64,000 nucleotides of DNA from Callorhinchus milii (GCF_018977255.1 NW_024704742.1:46750001-46814000), one strand, 5' to 3'. Shown: positions 46,575-60,419, counted from the first letter of the stretch. Made by a program: numbers and translations. The notes: generated from the letters alone by a model not told the origin.

Positions 46575-47644
46575 AGAACATAAGAACATAAGAATTAGGA
46601 GCAGGAGTAGGCCATTCGGCCCCTCGAGCCTGCCCCGCCAATCAATAAGATCATGGCTGATCTATTCTAACTCCACGTACCCGCCTTATCCCCATATCCT
46701 TTAATCCCTTTATCCACAAGAAATCTATCAATCTCAGTCTTGAATATATTCAAGGACTGGGCATCTACAGCCCTTTGGGGTAGATAATTCCATAAATTCA
46801 CTACCCTCTGAGTGAAGAAGTTTTTCCTCAACTCAGTGCAAAAGGGCTTACCCCTAATTTTAAGACTGTGACCCCTGGTTATAGTTTCTCCAACCAGGGG
46901 AAAAAGTCTCCCACTGTCTATTCTGTCGTGCCCCTTAATAATCTTGTAGGTTTCTATAAGATCACCTCTCATTCTTCTATATTTTAGAGAATATAGGCCT
47001 AAATTGCTCAACCTATCCTCATAACTCATCCCCCTCATCCCAGGTACCAACCTAGTGAATCTACGATGTATCCCCTCCAAGACGAGTACATCCTTTCCTA
47101 AATAAGGAGACCAAAACTGCACACAATTCTTTAAGTGCGGTCTCACCAGGGTCCTGTACAGTTGCAACAAGACTTCCCTACTCTTATATTCTAACCCTTT
47201 TGTAACAAATGCCAACATACCGTTAGCCTTCCTAGTTGCTTGCTGCACCTTTTTGTGACTAGTGTACAAGGACACCCAAGTCCCTCTGAACCCTAACACT
47301 ATCTAGTTTCTCCCCTTCTAAAAAATAAGCTGCTCCACTGCTTTTGCCACCTAGGTGGATGACTTCACACTTCCCTACATTATACTTCATCTGCCATCTA
47401 TTTGCCCACTCGTCTCCCCTATCTATATCTTGTTGCATTATTTTAATGTAATCCTCGGTGTTTACTCTTTGTTTACTCCTAGTTTAGTGTCATCCGCGAA
47501 TTTGGATACATTAAGTTCGATGTCCTCATCTAAATCGTTGATGTAGATTGTAAATAGTTGAGGCCCAAGCACTGATCCTTGTGGCACTCCACTAGTCACA
47601 TCCTGCCAATCTGAGAAGGGCCCGTTTATCCCTACTCTTTGTTA
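46575..47644 (-). mobile_element. CR1-clade LINE (shark HER1-like), 5'-truncated RT plus 3' end
   Basis: Minus strand near 47460-47640 reads [38 protein letters not shown]...[11 protein letters not shown] 46667..47299 has LVRPHL..CVQFWSP, RGDLIETYKI, TRGHSLK, FFTQRVVNLWN; tail (TTCTTATG)n. Confidence 0.95.
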
Positions 47645-49069
47645 TTTAGCCTCCAACTATTGGTTACATTTCCATTTGGAATAATTACTTAAAGACAAAA
47701 TAGGGCTAAATACAGCCTCATCTCTCTTTGACAGAATGAATAAACATCTGCTGTTTCAATGCAGGGAAGATAGAATTTGGGGCAGTTTGAGGAAGATCTT
47801 GGGAACTTATTGCTGAGAGGTGAAGATCTGTTGATGGAGAATTTGGGCTGAGAAATCATATTACTATCAGTGATCTCCAAAAACGTATTGGGTTGCCCCA
47901 GGCATTCCTCGACATAGCAGAGCATCTTTGTTTGTTTGAAAGATTATATTGTTATTAGTCTGTTCGGGGTTGTAAGATCAAGGGAATGCAGGGGAAAACT
48001 AGTAAAAGTTTAAAAGTCAATGTCACATTGATTTCATGTTTAATGATGATGCTTAATGCTGCACTAGACATCTGGATTGTGGCTCTGCTGTTGATTATTG
48101 CCTCTTGTAGAACTTGCTTCATCAACAAAAAATAAAGCATTTATTATAACAATCTATTTTATTGAACAGAATACAGTTCATATTAAAGATTTCCATTTGA
48201 GACTAAGCGTTACAGCAATTTAACCCAGGTCATCTTTCATGCCTCCTAGCAGTCGGAAACCCTGAAGAAGATCACTGCTGCAGTCAGAACACACCATTTC
48301 TTGGCCTCCCTTTCCATAATATTTTGTTATCTAAAAAATAATATAATAATTGTTGCATTTGATGTAGCACCTTGTCACATCATCGAAATATCTCGGTGTT
48401 TCACAGGAATTAATGTAAAATTTAGTGATTATTTTGTAGGTGAAAACGGCAGGCAATTTGCACACAGTAATGTCCTACAAACAGTCATGAAGTAGACAAC
48501 CATTTTTTATTTGCTATTAATCCCGAAAATAAAGTGTTAAATTGGGAATTCTCTTGGCCTCTATCATTGTTGCTAGTTTGTGGGATGGGAAGTGGGAGAT
48601 TTTTTTAAAAATTTCAATGCAGAAAAATCCCCCCAAAATTTCATCCGTGACTGTGAAGAAAAAACTCGCAAACTGTCAGGAAAATGTTGTAATGAATGAT
48701 AAAAGATGATTAGATTATGTATTGAGTAGGCTGTTTTAGCCATGAGCATTACCCAACTGTTTGTATTGTATTTTGCCTGCGGTGTGTCAAATTAATTAAT
48801 ATTTCCTCATGAAGAATTTGGATTAGCTGCACAGTGTAGTTGGGATCCAGTATCTACAGAATCAATTCTGGAAGAAGAGAAAACCGATTACATTTCCCTC
48901 CAATGACCTCTGTCTGTATTGAATGGATCTAAAGCATAAATCAATTATCCTGTCAGGTCTGACCAACCAAATACTTTTTAAGTTGATGCCCCAGTGTTTG
49001 TGCATAATGTGGAACAGAGGTTCTCTTACCAATGGACAAAAAAATCAATAACTATGAAATGTTATATAA

Positions 49070-49439
49070 TAGTAATAATCCTTGCGTTTGAAATAGCACC
49101 TGAGCACATTGTTGAGACGCCTCAAAGCGCTTCACAGAATATACTGTAAAGTGGATTGACTGTGTATGTTGTGGTCTGAACACGGCAGTTAATTGCACCC
49201 AGCAGTTTTCCACAAACAGTCGTGGATTGAATGACCAAAGTGTTATTTTTCATTTTTATTGAAGGGACTATTACCCCAAGAAAGCCAATCGACTAACAAC
49301 CGGGTTCCTACTTACTGCTAAGTAAATAGAGGCATGTGGAGTAAAGAAACTTACCTAAGGTTTCGCTCTGCCAGGAATCAAACCCAGGTTCTCTTGCTTA
49401 CGAGGCGAGTGCTCTAAGGGTTATGCTACAGGACTCCAC
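49070..49439 (-). mobile_element. tRNA-derived SINE, long subfamily
   Basis: Reverse complement of head, insert, body and tail. Confidence 0.88.
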
Positions 49440-51054
49440 GTGTGCACTGTTTACCCCACAATTATACAATCATTACACTTTACAGTAAATCCTGTGAAGC
49501 ACTTTGAAATGTTTCGGCTGACGTGTTAAGGCGCTATATCAAATTCAAGGATGATTATCATTGTTAGATTGAAACTAAACCGGCTGTAATATACTGAATG
49601 GCCAACAGATGACAGTGTCCCCTCCCTGCTCTGCACTGGCTCTGTCTATCTCACCATCATCTTTGATACTGACTATTTTGTTGTTTTTTTGCACTTTTGA
49701 GCTCTAAAGTATGCTTAGTGTTTTTTTTGGGGGGTGGGGGTAGGGTCATAATATAACAGCTTACAAACAGCAACATTTGTGCCTTGCCCACCCCCGAAAC
49801 CTGTGTTTAATGCCCAAGACTGAGCCCTTATATTGAGCTCTCGCTCCAAATAAAAATGGATTTGGCAAAGATATTTTAATACAGACAGTCTCCCTTTAAA
49901 GGATTTTATCGCTTCCTGGCATCTTTATAAAATTGAAGAGTTTATTTCAAGGCAAATTAGTTTGGGGAATTCTAAATCATCCCCGGATGAATTCTGAAAG
50001 TAGCTCTTTAACTGGAGAACATAAAAGTAACAAAGATTTAATACTGGAAAGCAGCAATGTTTAAATCAGATTTGAAGTATTGAAGTTTCTCCCCAGACAG
50101 AGAAACAATGCTCAAATGAATTACATACTCCAAACCAAAGCCACAGTTTAAATCTTCGTGACCACTTCAGTTGAGTATTCAGAAAATGCTAACAATTTAA
50201 ACAATTTGCATTTATATCGCTCTTTTCATGTAGTTAAACATTTCAAAGTACTTTCCAGAGATGAAGTGGGAACCTCAGCAGAGGAGGAGGTAGAGGTGGG
50301 TGCGAGTTGAGTACGAGGTGACCACAGGTCAAAGAGGTAGGTTTGTAGAAGGAATTTGGAAAGCAGAGAGGAAAGTTGCACAAGCTGAATGAAAAGGATA
50401 AGGATAAGAGACCAAATAACTGACAGTGCAATAGAACCAATGTTGCAGCCCGGCATTTCTATATAATATTGGTAAATGTTATGAACAATGAAATTCATCA
50501 TTCATTTCATGGCTGTTTGAGGGACAATCCTGTGTGCAGATTGACTGCCAGGTTCATGAATTGTTATTTCACTTCACAGTAAAATCCTGTGAAGCGTATT
50601 AAGGAGATATACGGGTTGCCATTTCATCCATTATCTCCTGGTCCCTGCTGAATGTAAATTTTCCCAGTAGGTAGAACTGAAGTCTGTTAAGCAAAGCCAG
50701 ATATTTCTAATTGTGGAATACTCCTGGATGATCAAACAAGAGTTACACCTTTAAACGTTAATGTACTGGGAGCAGAGATCTTTCCCACTCAAATCGTATT
50801 AACCCTGCAAGCCAAAGCCCTAATGAATCCAAGCTGGACAAGCAGCGGGAAGCTTGGCAGACAGTGCTCTCAATAGCAAGCTCTGTAGTTTTAGCCTCCA
50901 GCAACACCTAAGGCACAATCTGAAATCCCCAAGCCTTGGTTCTTGCCAAACAGTGCCTAATACTCTTCAGAATTAATTAAGCAAACTGCGTCCCTCCGGG
51001 AAGAAAGTGTACATTCCATTGTGCACACAAGGAAATGCCCATGAGTTGGTGGTG

Positions 51055-51246
51055 ACCGTTCTCTTTGACCATGCCTTCAGCTCCCCTCTCGACCCTCTAC
51101 CCCCTCCTCGCTCCCTCCCTTCCCTCCCCTCACCCTGACCATTTCCCCCCTGCTCGGGTCCTGACCCAACTGTACAGCGCCTTGGGACGTCCTCCCGACG
51201 TGAAAGGCGCTCAATAATTGGAATCGTGTTGTTGTTGTTGTTGTTG
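51055..51246 (+). mobile_element. L2 3' UTR copy
   Basis: Matches the 3' UTR of the L2 at 32530-33247; (TTG)n tail. Confidence 0.9.
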
Positions 51247-51384
51247 GTGTGTTTGGAACTCATTCTGACTTTGGATACACTTAAACATAGTGATGGGTTT
51301 CTGCGTATGTCAGGCCAAAAATAAATGCTGTTCTGCAGGCAGTCTAGAGACCACATGGTCAGGTATTCAAAAATCCAAATTCCT

Positions 51385-51596
51385 ACAACAACAACAACAA
51401 GATTCCATTTATAAAGCGCCTTTCACGTCAGGAGGACGTCCCAAGGCGCTGCACAGTTGGGTCATGACCCGAGCAGGGGGGAAATGGTCAGGGTGAGGGG
51501 AGGGAAGGGAGGGAGCGAGGAGGGGGGAAATGGTCAGGGTAAGGGGAGGGAAGGGAGGGAGCGAGGAGGGGGAAGAGAGTCGAGAGGGGAGCTGAA
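51385..51596 (-). mobile_element. L2 3' UTR copy (inverted) with a target-site duplication
   Basis: Near-identical reverse complement of ~33035-33247; AATTCCTAC at 51378-51386 and 51595-51603. Confidence 0.92.
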
Positions 51597-51845
51597 TTCC
51601 TACCTTCAGCTTCACTCGTCAGGAGCAGGGCTACAGAATTATTCGCTCTGCATTAACCCTGGTCTATATTACGTGCTTCACCACCAAAATTGCAGCAATT
51701 CACAACCAAACATGCAGTACAAACACAGCCTTCCAATCCCAGCAGAGTGGAAGCTACAAATTACTGTACGTTTTTTTAAAGAGGGCAATCAGGGTTCCAA
51801 TAATAAGATTCATAAAAGTGTGTAACACTGAACCCACTGTCTATC

Positions 51846-52220
51846 TGGCTCAGTTGGTAGCACTCTCACCTCTGAGTTAGAAGATTGTGGGATCAAACCC
51901 CAAGTCAGGACTTTGAACTCACAGTCTCGGCTGATATTCCAATGAGGTGTTGGGGGAGTAGAATTTTGTCGGAGGTGCCATTCTCCGAATGATTAAACCA
52001 AGGTCCGGTCTGCCTGTTCGGGTGGGTGTTAACGATCCCATGACACTATTGGTCATTTATTTCATGGTTGTTTGTGGGACCCTGCTGTGTGCAATTGGGT
52101 TGCCACCTTTGACTACAAATACACAGTCACTCCACTTCAGAGTGGTTCCTGTGAAGAGCTTTGAGACCTCTCCCTGATGTGAAATGTGCTGTACCAAATG
52201 CAAGGGTTTTTATTATTATA
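51846..52220 (+). mobile_element. Old DeuSINE (SacSINE1-like), near full length
   Basis: Head ggctcagttggtagcactctcacctctgagttagaag; Deu domain gtcggaggtgcc...ttaaaccaaggtcc...gatcccatgacactatt; shared 3' tail. Confidence 0.8.
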
Positions 52221-52719
52221 TTGAATGTAAGGATTATTGGCATTTTTTAATTGAACATGTAACACTCACATTTAACACTAGGTGGTACAATGTGCTAATA
52301 AATGCCATTTGGTTCAAGTGACCCACACGTGAGCTTTGTAAAACCATGTTTCCATTATTTTGATCCTTTAAAGTAAAATGGAAGTATGTGCGATTATTAA
52401 GGGAAAGAATGTTAGTGCTAGTGAATGAAACATGTTCCCATTTCAGCCAATCATCGAGTAATTTTAGATTTGGTACAACACATGGTGGCAAAGGTAACAT
52501 TATTTATACAATATACATTTATATAGTGCCTTTCACATTGGGCGGATGTCTCAAAATACTTTACATAGCCAGCTGGGCACCAGTCAGGGGTGAGGGATGC
52601 AGGAGTGGGGGCGCAGAGAAGGTGGAGCAGTGGTATGTTGTATGTATATTGTACTTTATTTTAGTCTCAGGCTGACCAGGCCCAAGTGACAAAGAATTTT
52701 TCTGCATGAGAATAATAAT

Positions 52720-53030
52720 AAAATAATAATCCTTGTTACTTGATATAACACCTTTCACATCAGGAGGATGTCTCAATGTGCTTCACAGAATATACTGTAA
52801 AGTGGAGTGGCTGTATATTTTGTAGGCGAACAGCCATAAAGTGAATAACCAATTTTATTTGGCGGACTGAAAGTCAGATTATTGGGAGAAACTTGCTTCT
52901 CTTTTCCAATTGTGCCATGGGATTTTTAATATTCACCTGAACAGACAGACGGAACCTTGATTTGCAGTCTTATCTAAAGGATAGCACCTCCGACACTGCA
53001 GTGATCGCCTGTTATCAGCCTAGACTATGT
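52720..53030 (-). mobile_element. Old DeuSINE
   Basis: Reverse complement of tail and Deu domain (gtgccatgggat...gcacctccgacactgca). Confidence 0.75.
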
Positions 53031-53510
53031 ATTCAATTGTTGAATACTTTGTGAAAAAGTATTCTATACTATGCTATCCCGCTGCAAAATAAGTTTGGCA
53101 CTGTTAGCAATGTTTTAAATGTTATAATTTGAACTTTATTCCAAATTATTTAACAGTTGAATAGAACAGACCCGAGCAGAGTTGGCACTCATTGCTCCTC
53201 ATGAAGGATTTTTCATTTATCATCACCTTCTGCTTGTCAGTGCTAACCTATTTTTCATTGCATCTAGATAATTGGCCATTAATTGCATGAGATATGTCTT
53301 TGTTCAACTTCCAATCAGTGTGGACTGGGGAGAAAATGGAAGAGAAATTGCACTTGGTTTCACTAATGACACTCCAGGGTTTTTCACTCGATGTGTTTTT
53401 GAGGTATTGTATTTTAGTGGAGCGTTTTGTAACTCCAGTCACGCTTTTCTGTGTCTCCAGGTGTTGACTCTGACAGCACATGTTCGCCGATGTATACAGA
53501 AATTGCTCGG

Positions 53511-53707
53511 GAAATTCCACCTGGGTCTACATTTACGCTATTTATGGAACATTTTAAGAGTATCCAAATTGCTGAATTTGTCTGAAGATTAAAAGAAATG
53601 ACAAAAAACAGTTTCCAAATTAAGTCCTATACTTATAAAAATTGCCAAATTCCAGACTGTCGGAAATGCTCCATAAATAGAGTAAATCTAGACCCAGGTG
53701 GAATTTC
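53511..53707. mobile_element. MITE-like fold-back element with 44-bp terminal inverted repeats
   Basis: gaaattccacctgggtctacatttacgctatttatggaacattt versus the reverse complement of the right end: 41/44 identical. Confidence 0.8.
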
Positions 53708-54005
53708 TTCCTCCTCGTTCAGTTCAGTGTATCTGTTCTTTGCTGGACTGAATCCTTGAATCCTACAGACTAGCAGGAGTCCTAGCTGTAGCATTTTCTA
53801 ACACTCTTCTTGCTGATACTAACATTGTGTGCATCGCAATGATGTATGTCAGCAAAATAATGTCCGCATTAGGTGTTCTGTGCACTTTCATGACATCATG
53901 TCTGGAGTTTTGCTGGAGGACTGAGTCTGAATGGTCACACATGGCAACGAACACTTAAAGGGCTATTCCTTCCCCTACCCTTCAACTGAGCAAATTTCCT
54001 TCCAT

Positions 54006-54170
54006 AATAATAATAATCCCTGTATTTGATATAGAGCCTTATATCACTGAGACGTCTCAAAGCACTTCAAGGAATATACTGTAAAGTGAAGTGACTGTAT
54101 TTTGTGGGTGAAACCTGCACAATTGCCAGTTGCGCACAAACAGTCGTGGATTGAGTGACCAAATTATTTT
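54006..54170 (-). mobile_element. SINE 3' half
   Basis: Reverse complement of body and tail. Confidence 0.8.
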
Positions 54171-54757
54171 TGTTTTTTTTTACAAAAAATGGAAGAAAAT
54201 TATCCAATAACCATTGAGTATCCTAATGTCATCTTCAAGTAAATCAATGTTTTCTGTGTTGAAAATTGAACAATGAATTAAAAATAGGAATCATTATGAA
54301 ACAGTTCTTGTTTATGAGGGGAAATTCATGCTAAAAAAATCCCATTATAAAACAAGTAACATAAAGAGTTGTTATTATTAACAAACGGTGGGTGATATAC
54401 CCCTATGAGAATGATGGGATTTTACTGGCCTGGAGGCTGGAGAAAAGGTCACCGCTTTAATCTCTTACTATGTTTCATATGAAGAGATTTATCTGTCCCT
54501 GTCACCTTATTGTTACTGGGATGCCAATGTTGGAGAAGCTATTATGCTGCTAAACAAAAGCAGTAATTCACACAGTAACACTAAAGTTATTTAGCTGTGC
54601 TGCACTGATAACAATAGTCTGTCCTTCACGCTTTCAATTTCACCTAACATTGAGAGTGCTAGGATCAGCACTAACCCCTGAAGTTAGGAAGAGATGGTTA
54701 AAATCAAGGTTACAAGGCGATCATAGAGTTCAGATTGCATTATAAACCCTTTGAGAC

Positions 54758-55350
54758 TTTTGACCACTCTATCCTCCTCCACCTTCTCTCCTCTCAGCCC
54801 AACCTTCATGGTTCTGTCCTTGACTGGTTCAGATCCAACCTTTCACACCATCTCCACTTTGTTTCCACAAACGTCTTCTCCTCCAGCCCCTGCATTGTCT
54901 CATGCGCCGTTCCTCAGGGCTCTGTCCTTGGTCCCCTCCTCTTCAATATCTATATGCTCCCTCTTGGTGACATCATCCACAGAAATGGGATCAACTTCCA
55001 CATGTATGCGGATGACACACAACTCTATCTCTCTGCCCCACCCTCGACTCCAGGACCACTGCTGTCCTGACAGAATGTCTGTCACACACCAAATCCTGGA
55101 CGAGAACTAACTTTACACACCATTGGTGGTCGGGCCTTCAGCCTCTCTGCCCCACCCTTTGCAACTCCATCCCACAGTCACTTCTCCTTGTTCCTTCAAG
55201 GCACATCTCAAGAACCTCCTGTTCGAGCTTTGGTCACTCTCCTACCCCTACCCTCTCTGTCCCTCCACCCTCCATGATCCCAACCCTCAGCTTGGGTCCA
55301 AATCCCTGACTGTCCAGCGCACTATCATTAATGTTAATGTTTATTATTAT
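54758..55350 (+). mobile_element. L2 LINE RT fragment joined by an internal deletion to its 3' end
   Basis: ORF 54735..55070 ([16 protein letters not shown]...HMYADDTQLY); jumps at ~55115 to ccattggtggtcgggccttcagc. Confidence 0.92.
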
Positions 55351-55509
55351 TAACATGTCACATATTGCAATTTTCACCCCAATGATTTTGCATTCTAGGT
55401 CAAGGTTTTTGTGCATTCTAAGATGGGTTTCCCTGCTCTATTTCTCCTGGGAAATATAAATACTGTATATATCGTAACACTACCTCCTGAGTTAGAGCTA
55501 CCCAACTTC

Positions 55510-55935
55510 TGAAACCCTCCCATCCCGCCAGTTCCCTACCTCTGCCCAGCAGGCAATGGCCTGCTTCATGTCCCTCACCCCGCCCACCTTACTATCTCAG
55601 CCACCCAGCTTGGGTGCAAATCCTCAATTGTCCAGCACCTTGGGATATCCTCTGACAAGAAAGATGTTATATCAATGCAATTTGTGGTTCAACCTTTCTG
55701 CCTCCATTCTCTGGAACTCCATTTTTGCCGCATCCTTTCCAATGCTTCCTTCAAGATTCATCTTAAGATCTTCCTCTTTGACTGCACCTTTGATCATCTC
55801 CCCCCTACCCACCCCCTTGGCCCCCATCCCTCCCAAATCCCAAACCCAGCTCGGGTGCAAATCGTCGACTGTCCAGCACCTTGGGATGTCCTCCCAAAAA
55901 GGAAAGGTGTTATATAAATGCAATTTTTTGTTGTA
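55510..55935 (+). mobile_element. Two tandem L2 3'-end fragments
   Basis: cagct(t/c)gggtgcaaatc...tgtccagcaccttgggat occurs twice. Confidence 0.7.
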
Positions 55936-57261
55936 GAGGCTTTTGAACATTTAAATTTCACCCCATTAATAGCAAAGGACAGTGGCCTGAGACTGGAGCT
56001 TAAACTGCACGATGAAGCCAATGTCATGGAGAGTCAGTGTTGCCAAGGACCAGCTAATAGGACTGCGGACTGCAGTTACCAAACAGCAAGAATAAAGCAT
56101 ATTAAATTGCTTCATCCAGACAGTTAAAGCACTTGTTCCTAAATAGCCCCTCCTGCTACTCCTACTGTCATTCCAGGATATGCATCCTTTTCATGGATAT
56201 ATACTGTCATTAGAAAATGTCAGATAAGCTTGTAGCGGGTTTAGTCCTATGAAATCTGAGGGAAATTAATGTAGATTTATGGAAAAATTATAAGATGGTA
56301 AATTCAATTGACTGTGAAGGAAGTCAAATTATAAAAGAAGAGATTATCTCTGAATAGAACAGCCTCTGTGTGACTCTTCCGCCTGTTTTCCAGACAGCAG
56401 GGAGTGCCGAGAGTGGATTTCAGAGGCCAGGAGTGAAGAGGGAAAAATCCTTTGAATAAAATGTCAAGCAAAATTCCTGCAGAGAAAAAAACAGGACTTC
56501 ATCAGTGGGGAGTTAATAACCTTTGCATTAGAAAAGCGCTGAAATGCATTTGCATCTTAGATATATTTCAATTGCAGTGCCCATTAGTTCACCAAAAGCG
56601 TAATGCTCGCCAGCTAATAAGCTTCCTCGCAGTGAGAATGTTTGTTTAAGGAGAGTATTTGTGCACACACGGATTCATTCTCTCTATGTTCTGTGCCATT
56701 TGCTTAGAATTGGATTCTGCCTCCTTCCACAGAGGCACAGATGCTTTTTGTCTATTACCGGCATTTCAAAATGTTCATTCAGATTCAGAATTTTACTGAA
56801 AATGATGCTCAAATAAGCCAAATTCTCTAAATGAACTCAAAAAGCATTTGGTGGCAAGATTGGCCATCTCTTATCCAGCGGGTTGTGTAGCTGATGTGCA
56901 AAATCGAGATACGATAGATTGTGTCAGTTATGCCCTGAAGGTCGTCCTGATTTGCAGAGGTCACACAGTGTTGTAAAGCTGAACCACTTGTCAGAGACTT
57001 TCTAATGGAATGTTTTATATCACCAAAATGTCTTGCAGAATATCTACCATATTCAAGGTGCACAGAAACATGGCAAATTATATCCGAAATTCAGAGGATG
57101 AAAACAGATCAAACAAATGCTGCGGTTATACATTTCTACAGGTTGATCAAACAAGATCTATCCGTTCTGACTGTCAGTTTGTAGGTTATTTCTTTGTACA
57201 CTAGGAAATGTATTTCTTTTCAATGTGTCAAATATCCAGCATGATAATGATCATTAAATTA

Positions 57262-57580
57262 CTGACAGTCCAGTGCAGCACTGGGGGGAGTGCTATATTA
57301 TTGGAAGTGTCACCCTTCAGATGAGACATTAAACCGCAGCCCTGTCTGTCTGTTTAAGTGGGCACATAAAATTCCATGTGACAATTAGAAAAGAGAAAGA
57401 GGAGTTTCTCTCGATTTTCTGGCAAGCATAAATATGATCATTCACTTCATGACTGTTTGTAAGGCATTGCTGTACACAACTTGGCTCCTGCATTCTCCTA
57501 CAAAATACACAGTCACTGCACTTTACAGTAAAATCCTGTGTCGTGCTTTGTCCATGTAATAAGGTATTATATTAAATGCA
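57262..57580 (+). mobile_element. Old DeuSINE lacking its head
   Basis: cagtgcagcactggggggagtgct...cagatgagacattaaacc; body and tail follow. Confidence 0.75.
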
Positions 57581-58680
57581 TATGTGCAGAATGATTTTAA
57601 TAAACTGTGACCCTATTGGTGAAATCAGAGTTCTCCTGCCTGGTTTTAACAGTCATCAAGTGCTTTGTGTGTGTGTGTGTGTGGATATCTGGATACACCT
57701 TTGCCTGCCGCAGCTACTCACAATATACATCCCTCACCTTGGCACAGAACTCATTCTTCTGTGGAATATTTAATAAACTTTATCTGTCCTTAGAGTCATT
57801 AATCTCATTCCAAGATTTTTATTCATTTAGGATGATGGTCTTTTAGCAGTGCTTCTGTGCGTCCCTCAATGTGGCAGTCTCAATACCACGGAGTCAGCAC
57901 AAAACAGTAGCTATAACTGCCTTTGCAGTGCTTAATATGCTGCTCACTTCTAGGTATACCTGAACCCTTCCCTCTCCCAACCGGCAGCAATGCAGTAAAA
58001 TCAATCATTTTCCTGTTTTCAATGCACAATGAATGGCCTTTTGAGGGTTGTACATAAAGCACAGCATTTTACTTTGGTTCAACTCTACAGATGCTGTTAA
58101 TGCCCCTGGTGCAAAGAGGGCTTAGGAACTAGCAACTATAGCAATGGTTTGCTTACTGTAAGGAACACAGTTGCATTCCAAAGCAAATCCGAACTAGCCC
58201 AAGCAGCTTTTTGTTCAACTAGAAATTTCATCCAATCATTTCTCCCTCCTTGGGCAAGTTGAATTTTATCTTAAAAGGCCACTGTCATTATGAAAAACAT
58301 TTCCCCTTAATTGGAAATAAAATCACCTCTGATCAAAGGTAGTGGGCGGCTTGGGCTGAAGGGGGCTCAGCTGCCTCAAATCCATCTACAGTCATCTCTT
58401 TAAGGGGACCTGGGAGGGAAAAAGCCCTGAGCCCCGAGGAGGACCACAGATAGTCCTCCGATTAGCACCAACCCATGGCACCTGTGGGCCCCACTTTGCT
58501 CCTCTCCCAACTCATCAGTGGCACAAGTCCACTTTACAGTCCCGCAGGCTACTGGTTGGGGCATCCTTGCCTCTGGTTTGCTGATGGACCTGTCAGTCAA
58601 AATGCTTTTAGACGTCTCAAGGATGTGATGAGGCGCTATATCAAATGCAAGGATGATTATAAGCAGTAGTCAAGCCAACA

Positions 58681-59009
58681 GTGGAGTTCTGTAGTTTAGT
58701 GGTTAGAGCACTCGCTTTGCAAGTGAGAGACCTGAGTTCAATTCCAGGCAGAGGGTGAAACCTTGGGCAAGTTTCCTTACTCCACACGCCTATTAATAAT
58801 CCCTCCAAAACCAAAAACAATAATAAATTGGTCATTTTCAATCCACGACTGTTTGTGGGACATTGCTGTGTGCAATTGGCTGCCGCGTTCGCCCACAAAT
58901 ATGCAGTCAATTCACTTTACAGTATAGTCTGTGAAGCGCTTTAGGACGTCCTCCCGACGTGAAAAGTGCTATATCAAATGCAAGGATTATTATTATTATT
59001 ATTATTATT
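58681..59009 (+). mobile_element. Young tRNA-derived SINE, short subfamily, full length
   Basis: Near consensus; AACAG at both ends may be a short TSD. Confidence 0.95.
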
Positions 59010-59786
59010 AACAGCTCTCCTGTCTTAAAAGGGACCGACCCTTTCATACTGATTTCATTGGCATAATTATGATACCATTTGTATTACAACAATAATGCTG
59101 TACAAACCCTAGATTGTGAAGTGAGGCTTAAAGGAATTAGGGATTATGCTGTTTTTCATTATAAACACAAATAGGAATAAGGTGCTGTTTTAAAATGGTT
59201 GCACTGTGTTACTAACTGTATCGTCTGACAATTGTGATCCAATTATTATGTGTTTACTTAATTAGGTCCCAGTCAATCAAATTGGATTCTGTGTAATATT
59301 CTCCCTTGAATTTGTCGAAATGCTCTTTTCAATGTGTCAGTTATTTGTTTCTGAGGCTCAGGGCGCTCAAACAAGTTGCTTTGTATTCTTAAGGAATAAA
59401 TTGAATTTAGTATGGTGCTGTACTGTTCGATTAATTACCATATTCTTATCTTCACACATTATCATCAGACATACTAAGTTAAGCACATCAAATGTCCTAT
59501 TGTTCGGAGAGGGAAGAGGTGCAGAAAAGATGGATTATGTTATATTCTTTTGAAATGTACGTTATGAAACAAGCAAAAATAAAGACATGAAAAGATTCTG
59601 TACCACATAATATAAAAGGCTTCTGATTAGAGAGGCACGAGCGCGATGTCTGATCCATTTTCTTCAACCGATAAAAGATAATTCTCTTAAAATAACACTT
59701 GCCTGTGTCTCCAACACATTACAGGTTAAACAATGGCGATGTGAAGGTTTATGAATATAGTACAGTTTTCTACATGACCTTCGCGA

Positions 59787-60185
59787 ATAATAATCTTTCA
59801 CTTCGGGAGAATATCTCAAAACACTTCACAGGATTTTATTGTAAAGTGCAGTGACTGTGTAGTTTGTAGGCAAACTCGGCATACTGCAATGTCCCACAAA
59901 CAGTCATGAAATGAATGACCGATTTTACAGTGTTGATTTATTTTGAGGGATTGTTTGCCATGACAACGGAAGAAGCTTTTTTCTTTAGGATAATGCCATG
60001 GGATTTTTAACGTGCAGCTAAATAGACAGATAGGTCCTTGGTTTAATGTCTCATCCCAAGGAAAGCACCTCCAACAATGTAGCATTTCCCCAGCCTAGAT
60101 TGTGAGTTCAAAGTTCTGATGTGTGTATGTGTGTGAACCCACAACCTTCTGACTCAGCGTGAAAGTGCTACCAACTGAGCCAGAC
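59787..60185 (-). mobile_element. Old DeuSINE, near full length
   Basis: Reverse complement of head (aaccttctgactcag...gtgctaccaactgagcc), Deu domain and tail. Confidence 0.8.
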
Positions 60186-60419
60186 TGAAATTAGGAAGTA
60201 TTTTTAATGGAGTAAATAGGTGGAGTCGAGTCTGTGATAGCATACGTTGTAAATGGTTTGTGGCAGGAGTACATTGATGTCTTTTCTCAATCAATGCACT
60301 TGGGTTGTTTGTTCTCTTGTTGTGTTCTCTCTGTTCCTTGGTCTATGAGTTAAGAAATTTCAGTCAGATCTTTTCCAGCTGAAGTTTAGAAATTTGTAAT
60401 GTTTTAATTAGGAATTATA

